Source of the DNA: Marsupella aquatica
Taxonomy: Eukaryota > Plantae > Marchantiophyta
Reading direction: 5' to 3'
Assembly (NCBI GenBank): GCA_973895155.1
Contig: OZ316895.1
Span: forward strand, 10,838,184-10,902,183
Length of the DNA stretch: 64,000 nucleotides
Shown here: positions 29,791 through 40,904 of the stretch, piece by piece
Numbering within the stretch: the first letter of the stretch is position 1
Layout of the letters: each line of letters starts with the position of its first letter
Translations under genes and position numbers: made by a program
The notes under the pieces: model-generated
Told to the model about the DNA's origin: nothing
What the model saw: the letters and a program-made list of their open reading frames with translations, nothing else
Databases searched by the model: none

Positions 29791-32700
29791 CGGAATTGCT
29801 ACCCCCAAGTTCTTGTAAAGCCGCCGGTCCTTAGATGTGGTGATCGAAGCTCATTGCCCGAGATCGGTTGCTGCACCAAAACCTTCCATAAATACGAAAG
29901 TAAATGTATATTAAAATGCATTTATCGGTGAAACTTACGTATTTCTTGGCGAGGTAGCCTTTATATGTGCGTGCGCTACTGCGCTGCTCTGTACGTTGTC
30001 GTACTCGGTCAATTACGACTCGGTCACTCGTCGAGCGTTGTCTTATCTCTACAAGCTCACTCGTTAGAGCAACTTCACTCATCAATTCAAGTTTACCCGA
30101 TCTAAGGATATCACGTAGGCTGTTTTCACATTGCTCACTCCTCTGTCAGTGAAAGTTGATGCTCAAAATTCATTCATAAGGTGCTTTATTAATCATGTGC
30201 AGGCCATGGTGGATTTGCACATAGGAGCTTTAGACAGTCATCACTGCAAGTTAGAGCCACAAGCAAAGTTCCTTCGCAGGGCCTACGGCAAATTATGGGC
30301 CTGCTAAAAACACATGACCTTTGCAAACTATTGCTGGCACATAAATATTCGGGGCAGTCATCTGTCAGCTTCACGGGGCCCATCAGTCATTAGTCACCGT
30401 GCAATGGTCTTTTATGAATAAGTAAGTGAAACAGAGATACATTGAAAGCACACATGACAATGATTCTGCATCCGTTACTCGAGTGAGAGACATTTTAACC
30501 AATCAACAATAGTCCTGCAGCGGCACAACAGAAAGAAGTAGCGCGTTCCTCACACGCACTGAAATAGTCGTACTCTTTCTAGGACTAAATTCAAACTCAA
30601 ATTGAACATCGTTTCAGTTGAGTTCAGATTCTACATTAGGATCTTAATCTAACGCTACAAATTTAGACTAGTCGCCCCCCTTCTCGCTAACACTCCCATT
30701 AAGGAAGAGCAGAAAACATAGTGGCAAGAATTCCCTTCACACCTTTTCTCCAAAATCGTCGTTGTTCATCCGGCTACTCGTCACGACGCGTGACCCATTT
30801 CGCCGCTCGTACCTATTTTCCAATCCGTGAACGTAAAAGATAAAGAAATGTTGATTTGGTCTCATAGTTTCATCGGCAGCTACTGTACTTAGGGTCTGTG
30901 CAGAAACCCAAACTGAGGCGCGCAGTAACTCATACGCCCTAAGGAAGGCAGACTTCACCCCTTTAAAAGGAGCAGCACTGAGTAGGACTACTGCATAGAT
31001 GGTAGATGCTCATGATGATAGATCGAGAGCATAACTCCGACGTCTACGAAAGATGGCCAACACAGGGGGCCCGCTTCCGTTCTCGCTTCCGTTGTCAAGG
31101 GAGTGATAATTTCTTTTGATTCTCGTTCGACGTCAAGTATGTGAACTCTTAGATCTTAATTAACTCTTTGGTTGACGTGATTTCCAGCCATCGGTCGCTC
31201 ACTTCCAGAGAGGGGAGCTGTTTTTTTCGAGGGCTCAGGCCTGCGCGCTGTCAAATATATATATATATATATATTCAAATGCTTTTTATTAGGTGAAACC
31301 AGCAAGCCGCGCGCATTTGTGACAAACAGTGATGTCGTAAGGAAAACGCCTAGCTTCTATGCTTCTCACATCTGGAAACTGTGACATTAATTGCAAGCGT
31401 GACCTTTCGGGCACCCTTGAATCTCACCCAATTAATTTACTTACATAACCGTGCAGGGTAACGGAGCACGTGAATTACTTGAGAACGTCGATTTGACACA
31501 ATTGAATTCGGTCTTTTGAGTAAGCTAGGTCAACCTTTGCCTTTTTAAACGGTCCGAATTAAAACACCACAATTTCGTAGCAAATCACCCATATAGAGGT
31601 GGGCACCTGTTTCACAATCCCTGAAACTTCCCAGAGCTGGAAGGAATCGGTTATTGAAACGAGCTTATTATTAGTTAGTCTTGATATTCATTCTCTGGCA
31701 GGTAAGGTAAGTCCTAGCTAGCACAACATATGTTCTTTAACTTGCAGAGTTACTTGCCTGTTGTGCAGGCCTACAAATCTCAAGCATATCGTTACATCCG
31801 ACCATAGTAAAATTCCGATTTTGACAGTACTTACAGTGTTGGACGACAAGCTCTCTCCATCTAAAATGGGTGCAAACTATAGACTGAAACTTAGATTGTA
31901 GCCAAGCTCGACATGTATGGACACAAAGGAGAGTGGCTAGTAGTTGTAACGCAGACTGTATTTGAGTTTTCAGCTGGCCTGGTGCCAAACGTGTAGCTGT
32001 AAGCAAATCTCATATAGTCGGAAGTCAAATGTAAACTCAACGTTGGGAATCAACTAAATGATTTTTGGAACTTGCATGAGGTGTCCTATAGCTATGAAAC
32101 GTGCAGGAAAGTAGTCCTCCGATTGATGGGATGCTTTCTGGGGAATTAAGACCAAGCAGTTTTTTTGAGTTGGGCTGGTTTCTCACAGGTCCGCTTATCT
32201 TCGAAGTCCGCCAGTACATCAAAGTTTAGATCGAAGAGGTGTTGATAGGTCCTTCTCATGCTCCTCGATCTCCTAAAGCCCTAAATCTGATCGTATTCAC
32301 TCCCAGCTCAGTTGGTTCCTGCCAGATCCGAAAATCAATAGAGTATAAAAACCTGAATGTGATTTTTGAACGCCATTATATTTCAATTGTAGATCACAAT
32401 AGAATCTGAACTACTACATTTAGTTGTCAGGCATGGCAATCATCTCTCCAACCAACAACATCTAGACGTCTGAGAAATTGTGCATTGGACAATTGTCATA
32501 ATGCGGTCGTTCGATCACGGCACCCAAATCCGGAATTAATAGCGGACTCTCTCTCTTTTGATATTCTAGGATAACTTCACTTGTCCTTAATTAGGATCAA
32601 ACTCAGTGTCGCCTGGTCAAATATTGGAAAGGACTGATCGAACTGGAGAACTTAGGTTCACCAGCAAACTTTCACTTAGAGAAATGTTAACCTCCTTAGA

Positions 32701-32870
32701 TGGTAAAAGGAGGGATCTGATGTAGCCATATATCACTCTCGACGGATAGGCGTCTACAAAAGGCGTTTAAAGCAAATCATAATCCATCTGGCATATGAAT
32801 TGGAAGTTTGACAAACTCAAGATTGTAATTAAATAGGTAAGTCACAGTACCTTAGACTGCAGTCGCATTC

Positions 32871-33284
32871 CTAACCAGGGAGGCCGGAGGTGGAGGTTAT
32901 ATAGTACAGCTGAGAGTAGGTGCCGTCGGCATCGTAGATGCCCTGCACCAAGTTATTTTCGACGCATTGCGCCAGCACCTCATTCACGTAGTTCCCTGCG
33001 TCGGCACAATTCATGCAGAACTGATTTCCCGGTATCGAGCCGCAGATGCTAGCCGCGGCATTCCCGAAAGTGCTCACTACGGTGCAGATGTTGTTGGTCT
33101 GGCAGCACCGACCAGTATTCAGGCGAAGGTCTTGCACTAACGTCGCTGCATCACTGAACGGAGCGTCTCCTCCAATCACCCTTATGCAATATACTTCCGG
33201 CGCCGCCTCCACTTCCGGTTGCAGGCTGATTAGCACCATCGCCATCGCCACAGCCATGGCCACGCTCCCAGTCTTCATCTTCAT
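32871..33284 (-). CDS. small secreted cysteine-rich protein (137 aa, 8 Cys), KP4/Ecp2-like fold candidate
   Basis: First ATG is at 33284, just after a TAG acceptor at ~33294. A signal peptide MKMKTGSVAMAVAMAMVLISLQPEVEA is followed by APEVYC...GRCCQTNNICTVVSTFGNAAASICG...FCMNCADAGNYVNEVLAQC...VQG. Single coding exon, GC-richer than its flanks. Confidence 0.8.
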   Translation of the reverse strand: MKMKTGSVAMAVAMAMVLISLQPEVEAAPEVYCIRVIGGDAPFSDAATLVQDLRLNTGRCCQTNNICTVVSTFGNAAASICGSIPGNQFCMNCADAGNYVNEVLAQCVENNLVQGIYDADGTYSQLYYITSTSGLPG

Positions 33285-35668
33285 AAAATGCACCTAATTT
33301 GTGGACCTAAAAATTCTTACTGCTCTTCACCCGAACAGCAATCGGTTATCTCAATGAGCTGGTACGTATCAAGATCTCTTCATCCGCAATACTCCAGACA
33401 GTGTTTTTCTGCATTCTGAAATGGAGTCTAATTTTGTTAACGTTTAGAATCTGCATTTAATTAAGAAGCCTCAATCGAGAATGGTCCCTGCCATATCACC
33501 CTCCCTCTCCCTGTAGGCTCTACCCGCTGCTCGTTCATCGTTTCTCATGGCATAATTCTCACCTTCTTGCGTAGGAATCTTCTGACATCTCTGTGATCAT
33601 CTTGCTCCGCGTTTCATCTGGCTCCGCGTTTTAGCTACAGATGTCTCAACTTTTTCACCAATGTTTTCCATGTCCATTCTCTTGTACATGACACCTGAGC
33701 CACGAGCCATCCTGTTTGTTTTGCTTGGCTCATTCAAGGGCTTTGGAAGTAGAGTATTGAATTGTACACCCATTCGGCTAGAGTAAATAATGTTACGTTG
33801 AAGACAAAAAAAAACATAAAGCACAACCAACAATCAGTGTACGTTTGGAAATATAGTACAGTCAGCCATTTTGCTATTGTCAGTCACTCGTTATTTACAG
33901 TCAATGTTTAGTTTAGCACCTACAGTACGTGGTTTGTTTCTCTACATCAGATATTATCTAGAATTGTTCAGTGTACGCTACTACCTATAGTTTCCAATCT
34001 GTCATTGTCAATTTTGAGGGGACGGTTTTGACAGAGAGTACCGAACACAACGCCCAATCTTACGTGTAGGCCACGTCTCAAGCTAGCTAGGTCCTGCTTT
34101 ACGAAATATTTAGATAGTACTCCGATGGACAACTAATGTCGATTGTTCGATCAGGACGGGTCTAGATCCGGAAATTTGGACAAATTCTACCCCTCTCCCA
34201 GTTGCATTTGCGAAGCGAGAAATTACACTGCCATAATTATATGAGAACGAAGAATGAGAACTGCAGATTTAGCCGTCACTCGCGTTATTGAAATGGTCTG
34301 TCTAGCTGCGTTCCATGTTCATGCGTCCATGCTCTTTTGTGTTCGTGGAGATTTCACTCCTGTGAATGCCCTCTTGAAATTGAGCAGGAGTCTCTTTCAT
34401 ATTGGACTAGCTCACTCCAGGATAAACTCTACGTACGTGCAAGATCTATTCGGGAATTTATTTTAGTCGCCCACCATGTTCATGATAAGAAACTGTGGAT
34501 AATTAATGATGAACCGCAGAAGTACCTCGAATTGTTTCCGTTGAAGCATCGTGAGCCCGTTAGAAAATCATTCATAGAATTGTCACAGTAAAGCAGTCAT
34601 GCAAGAGGTCTAGCAAGTACTCTCCAGCACAGAAAGTCCTTAGTTTCTGTGCAAAAGTGTTCATTATAATTACTCTGCAGCATGTCCACTGAGCTTCTTC
34701 TTTAGAATGCTGATAGACAACTATTGAAGTTGAAGTTGGAATAATGTAGAACTCGGCCTTCTCATCTCTCTAGTGTGATGACCACTACGCTTCTTCTTGA
34801 CAAATTAAGTTGATGGATAGGTTAAAATCCGAGTTCCCGCTAACGGTTTCTGATATAGATCTCTGTTTTCTAGTCTATCGAGTGACTTACAAGCGTACGC
34901 GTGACTCGCAATTACTCTGCCTCACAGTACCGCATTTGGACTGTGCAGCCAATGTTCCAGGGCTGCTCAATTAAGGGTGGACAGTGTATAGGGCCTACGA
35001 AGAAACTATTGTGACCCGTCATCAGTTCTCACAGTTTATCACACACAACTAGTACAGAGGACACCAATTAAGAGACGAATTCCAAGGTCATATGCCAAGT
35101 GAAATGCTCAAACAAGCCAGGAAAAACCCAATATTCAATCCGTATTATTGGGAAGAGACAGTAACATCATTCTAAATAATTAATCGAGAGCTGCAAAACA
35201 CATGCACAAAAAGTCTCCAAAAGCTTCCCATAATTATCCTTGCCATGTAATCCATCATCATTACGCTCAAATAATTAACTGACGAGTCTGCGCTTCTGCT
35301 GTTTTTATATAGCAAAATCAACTGAACAAGTTATGCGAAATGACAGTCAAAGTTATTCAGTTGCGACTTTGAAATCAATACTGTATCTAACGAAGACCTC
35401 TCTGGACTTGTTCTCCTCTCCGACTCACAGAATAATGTACAGCTCGTTGTCAGTAACCCAGACTCGGCCCATAACGTACCGCCGAATTTCTACAGGCACC
35501 TCTGCGTTCCTGGCATTGAGGTTTTGACGCAATGAGTCCGTGCAATAAAATCTACTGTTGCAAAGAAAATCGCTAACCACAACAGATGACTGTATGTGGA
35601 GTTATTAAAGGGAAACATCGTCACAAGAACACGCTCATCATTACTCGTCAGAAACCCTTCATCTCCAC

Positions 35669-36373
35669 TCATTTGGAAGCAGCAGCAGCGGTTGCTGCGG
35701 CAACTATGACATCGTAAACTGCAAGAAAATAATCTTCGGATGGAACCACCGCTTTGTAACTTGGGCGTGCCACAATTGCCTCAATGCACTTGTGGAATCG
35801 AGGAATCTCCTCAGGCCCTGGGACGACAAGGCCAGCAACTTTTTCAGCCCGCAATATAAAATCCTTCCACGGAGCCAGAACAACATCCAGAAATCCGAAA
35901 GTCGCCCCCATAAAGAACGGCCCCTCGGTAGAGTAACTGGTCATGGCCGTTTCAAGCGTCTTCAAGAATTTTATGGTTTCTTTCTGAGCGGCTTCCAGCT
36001 CTGGAGATCCAGCCTTTGCTGTCATTGTTTCCAGCAAATGGTCGAAGCTTTTGGTGACGTAGTCGGCCCAGAACCTAACCTCGGATTTCTGATGAGCCCC
36101 CTCAGGCATCAAAGGGACTTGCTGCGGCCATTCATCTTCAAGGTATTCCATGATGATCAGCGATTCTGCCACTGGTTTCCCATTGTGGATGATCGTAGGG
36201 ACCTTCTTCCAGATGGGATTAGCCTCCAGCATAAGCGTTGGTTTGTTGGCGAAGTCGATATCGATTTGCGTGTATGCAATGCCTTTCTCGTTCAGAGCAA
36301 TTCGCACGCGTGTTGCGTACGGACTGATCGGGGCAGTAAACAGAGTCACTGGCGCATCTGCAACGGCACCCAT
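35669..36373 (-). CDS. glutathione S-transferase, tau class (intronless CDS, 234 aa)
   Basis: SPYATRVRIALNEKGI (catalytic Ser), NPIWKKVPTIIHNGKPVAESLIIMEYL, RFWADYV and PFFMGATFGFLDV motifs. Confidence 0.95.
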   Translation of the reverse strand: MGAVADAPVTLFTAPISPYATRVRIALNEKGIAYTQIDIDFANKPTLMLEANPIWKKVPTIIHNGKPVAESLIIMEYLEDEWPQQVPLMPEGAHQKSEVRFWADYVTKSFDHLLETMTAKAGSPELEAAQKETIKFLKTLETAMTSYSTEGPFFMGATFGFLDVVLAPWKDFILRAEKVAGLVVPGPEEIPRFHKCIEAIVARPSYKAVVPSEDYFLAVYDVIVAAATAAAASK

Positions 36374-37019
36374 TGTCTTGCGCTGGAACTGATCCTGAGA
36401 AGAATTCTATGAACTTGACTGATTCAGAAGACAGTGAGTTCAGGCCGGTAATTTTTACCGGCTGCATTTGCAAGACAGACAAGTACCACGCGAAATGCAC
36501 AACATAGTGAGATGGGCACGCAATTTGCCCAGTAATCTGCAGCTGCCATCGATGCGGTTCATTTATCAAATCACTAGAAATTGCCGAACCACTGATCGTG
36601 CACGAGATTGTGCAGATTTATAAGTGGAGACCTTATAAAGGACAATGCAAATGCAGATTCATGATCGAATGTACAACAGACGTTCTAGCTGGATTACAAT
36701 GCTCCTGCAAATCAACCTCCAACTCATGCACGACATTACCCAAGTCTACGTTAATTAGCTACTGTACCTGGGTGGATGTCCCTTTGGAAGAGGCTGATAG
36801 AATGGCCGGTGAAGTATGGCGCTCGGCTGGCTTCGTTGCCCGGCTTGTGATAAGGCTCAGAAACAGCTTGTGAATCTGTACGTGAGCTATGAACTCCCGT
36901 ATGAACTACATTTCACTGATTGAAGTCAGTATCTTATACTCTCAGGATCCCATGATTAGAGGCATCATGACTAACGAGCTAGGTGTGGTGCCACTGCACC
37001 TCATCAATATGAGAAGTTG

Positions 37020-37505
37020 CCCCTGAAGATACTGGATATATCGCGAGAACTTGGTCCAGTGGGGACCTGGAGTAGAGTATTCAGGGGGGGATTATTTTGA
37101 TCATCTGAGGTCCCCAGGCACTGAGAACGCCTGATCGAGGCGAGCTTCGTGGGCAAGACATGCGTTGCGAGACAGAAGCGGGATGACCACATTCACTGCG
37201 GTAGTCTCGGTGCCGCTCCAAAGTAGAGAAGTCTGCTCTTGGAGGCATCACTGGGGGTTGCTCGATTTCCTGTGGGGCTAGTGTACCTCGTCACTGTGAG
37301 AAGCTGCTCCTGAAGATACTGCATCGCGAGAACTGCATGGGGTCACTGGACGGGGACCTGGAGTATTGCAGTCCAGGAGGGCATTATTCTGGTCATCTGA
37401 GGTCTCCGGTCACTGAGAGAACGTCTGTATATCCAGTCTGAGGCGAGCCTCGTCAGCAAGACACCCCAATACGAGATAGAAGCGGGATGACCACATTCAG
37501 TGCGC
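37020..37505. repeat. diverged direct repeat (~190-bp unit x2, ~290-bp period)
   Basis: CCTGAAGATACTG...TCGCGAGAACT...GGGGACCTGGAGTA...TCATCTGAGGTC...AGAAGCGGGATGACCACATTCA occurs at ~37022 and ~37309. Confidence 0.8.
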
Positions 37506-37889
37506 TACTGTAGTCTCCTGTGGTCACCATTTTTCGGTAAGTTTTCTGCAAACTTAGGCAAAGATTGAGATAACGAGAAAAGTCTAGTTTTAGCACAGGC
37601 AACTGATTCCACATAACACACCGTAGACTCATTAAAGTTGGCAGGTCATATTGAGTCAAAAATGTCATTCGAGTCTATGATTTCATTCTGAGAAAGGTCA
37701 TCCGAGCTTTGAATTGTCAGTACGTCCATCCTGAATTCACAGACAACCATTACAAAGAAGGGGACAAATACACCCTTGTCCGAAACCTACCAACTGAGCC
37801 ACTGAGGTGCGTTGGGGACATTGTCCCAACCGTCGGAGTCTCACATTAGTGACTAAATTATACCTACCAATATACCTATCAATATGATG

Positions 37890-38001
37890 TAAAATGTACA
37901 TGTAAGGCTCTAGTGATCTACTATAAACATGCTGAGAGCTATGATGCAAAATGTACCATGTAAGGCTCTAGTGATCTACTGTAGACATGCTGAGCGCTAT
38001 G
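37890..38001. repeat. ~58-bp tandem duplication
   Basis: AAAATGTAC.ATGTAAGGCTCTAGTGATCTACT.TA.ACATGCTGAG.GCTATG x2. Confidence 0.85.
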
Positions 38002-38021
38002 CTAAGATTACCCTCAGGTCC

Positions 38022-38750
38022 TTATTAAATTAAATATAGAATTTATTTATTATATTGAAAGGAATATTTTCAAATTTATGTAAAAAATATTAGAAGTTAA
38101 AAAAAATATTTTTAGAGTATTTATAGCTAAAATATGAATTGTATTATGAGATCCCCCTGAAAATACCTGGGGTGTTTTATTTCCATAAAAATGATATATC
38201 ACATGTGGCGAAGGATAGGGTCAATTTATTGATTCTAAAATGAAACTTAAAATTTTTTGCAGAAAAATAATAAAGTTTTTAAAATTCAATTTTGAAACTT
38301 ATAAGAATATTAGAGTACTTTTAATTTAATTTTTGAAATATTTTAAAAATATTTTAATTTTATAATAATTAACAAATAAATATTTTTTCTTACATTGTAG
38401 GGGGTGGAAGGAAAAAAAATCACAAATGATGTACCCATATAGTGAGACCCCCAAGAAAACCCCAGACTCTCATTTATTTCATTTTTATTCGTCATGTTAA
38501 ATTAAATATAAATTTTATTTATTGGGATCAAAATAAATATTTTTAAATATTAAAACTTTAAATAATTATTTTTGAATTTTTTTAAAATAGTAAAGATTTA
38601 TATATAATTTTTAATAATATTTTAAATTATTCCAAAAATAAGAAATAAATAAAAATTTAAAATTGTTTTTTAGAGTATTTTATAACTAAAAACATCCGAG
38701 TGTGTTATGAGAGCATCCGAGTGTGTTATGAGAGCATCCGAGTGTGTTAT
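38022..38750. mobile_element. extremely AT-rich insertion with internal direct repeats and a 21-bp x3 tandem; probable non-autonomous TE
   Basis: Abrupt AT-rich block. TTAAATTAAATATA.AATT recurs at ~38026 and ~38496, and TTTTTAGAGTATTT.ATA.CTAAAA at ~38108 and ~38666. CATCCGAGTGTGTTATGAGAG x3 at 38693-38755. Confidence 0.5.
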
Positions 38751-39250
38751 GAGAGACACTTTAGAGTGAGGACCCGGAGTGAAGTCCCCTAGGGCTATCC
38801 TCAGCTCTTTGTCACTTACAGCCACCTCAGGCGCTAAGTTGAACGGCCAGCAAATCTCCTTCGACTTCGTTTTGCATTTCTCCATCCGATCCTCCTATCT
38901 GGGTTGTGTGAGTCCAAGCTTTGCTTTCACTTTTCATCATCTTCCTGCTCTAGATTCATTTTTCCCTTTGATTTCATTCGATCAGTCATCCTGCATCGAT
39001 GAGAGACACTTTAGAGTGAGGACCCGGAGTGAAGTCCCCTAGGGCTATCCTCAGCTCTTTGTCACTTACAGCCACCTCAGGCGCTAAGTTGAACGGCCAG
39101 CAAATCTCCTTCGACTTCGTTTTGCATTTCTCCATCCGATCCTCCTATCTGGGTTGTGTGAGTCCAAGCTTTGCTTTCACTTTTCATCATCTTCCTGCTC
39201 TAGATTCATTTTTCCCTTTGATTTCATTCGATCAGTCATCCTGCATCGAT
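38751..39250. repeat. perfect 250-bp tandem duplication
   Basis: 38751-39000 is identical to 39001-39250, which gives the duplicate ORFs at 38779 and 39029. Confidence 0.95.
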
Positions 39251-40904
39251 TGGTCTGCTTGGTTTTGTGGATTTCAGGTTTAATCCTGTCAATTGAAAGT
39301 TGTTCTCCCAATGTTGATGATCAGTCCTTCGCTGGGTGCTGCTAAGACGTAGCAATCCAAAACTCTGTACAGTTATTGCGTTCTTATCTCCTTTCTACAC
39401 AATTCGTTACTCAAATGTGAGGAGAGCTGATGCAGAACGACGCAAAAAACGCGCATCATTATAGTTCTACATATGTACAGTAGATTTCGTATATGCGCTT
39501 TTGACTTTTTGGCTTTTAACAACCAATTTTTGACAATTGACTTACGAAAATTTTCAGTCTCAGTTTAGGCAATCGACCTAAAGAATTTCAGATTTCAATG
39601 CTTGAATTCAGGTGCTGAAATTTCCGACTTCAGTGTAGAAATGCTGACTTGTCAAAATATCTTACGTCTTGTCTGTCCAACTTTGGTTGTTATTGTTGGG
39701 GTTGTTGAATGTTCGGATGTGTTTCGTATCTTCATCGTGTAGAATCATAAATCGAAGCTTAAGCACTGTCTCCTGATAGTGGACGAGTTGACTGTAACTC
39801 CAAGTGGTTGGTCTTTTCCAAGAGACTGGTCAGTATTTGATTTTTCAACTCAGACAACTTCATTCCTCTGCACGAACCAAAATATAATTGAGTTAGCACG
39901 GTCCAAGAACAATGATGCCATGACTCTATAGCTTGAGAATGTTTTAATTACATGACAGGCTCGAGTAAACTAGACGTTCCGAAAGACTTTTCCATCTATG
40001 CAAGAGTTGAGAAGACATTAAGATGGAAAGAACGCAAGCAGCCCGTCAAGGACAATTCTACCAAACTAAACTGCATAAACCATTGGCATGTAGTTCAGGC
40101 TGAACATGCTCAGTACTTCGGCAAACTTGAAATATCCAATCATTGATCGGCAAGGTAAACATTCATAAACAAACATTTTGCCAGGAATCGGGCAAGGAAT
40201 TCAGATCAATGCAAAAGCAAAACTGAACAAGTTAGAGAAAGGAGTGTACAAGCAGCTTAATAATAAATAGAAACCACAACCCACTGAAGCGGGTTTCAGG
40301 GCGACTCTGTTTATGGCAGCCCACCTACAGTATAGTGTTATCAAGCTCCCTTCCGGCGAGTCCCGTGTCTTACATCGTGAGTTTCATGGGCGCCCTGATG
40401 GTCCAGACTCCAGAGGGACCCACTCCAACCCAAATTCGACTGTTCTTCTATCTCGTGTGCTATTCAATCTTGTGTGCTATTCAATGGTCTGCCCAAGACA
40501 ACCATGGTAGCTTGTGTGCTATTCATTACCTAATATCTCCATGATGAACTAGGACTGCTATTATACATCTTGACAAAGTATTCAGATAGGTGTCGTTGCA
40601 ATTGGGCTCATCGTTGATTGTCTACCATAGCCTTGCTGCCATCATCTACAGTAGTAGCTAATATCCAGACGAGCCACAAAACATGTCTGGAGTACTTTCA
40701 AATGCCGCCGAGCAGGGAACAATCAGAAAAGACTAGCTTCAAGTTGCAACAACGATAAACAGTTGGAAAAAATAGTCTTCCAGCTTTAGCTCACAGGCAA
40801 AAGAGTCGAGAGGTGCAGTAGCCTTAACAACGTGTAGAAGCATCCGGGTCGCAGAGCGAAATCTTCCACGAGGATGGAAGCTTCCTCTGCTACCGACCAA
40901 TGAT

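Noticed and set aside
35792-36412. 206-aa plus-strand ORF
   Set aside because: Antisense shadow of the GST CDS.
38779-39283. Two near-identical 84-87-aa ORFs
   Set aside because: By-products of the 250-bp duplication, with GTG starts and no coding signal.
40450-40530. Three copies of TGTGCTATTCA as a possible miRNA precursor
   Set aside because: The copies are direct, not inverted, and no fold-back partner was seen.
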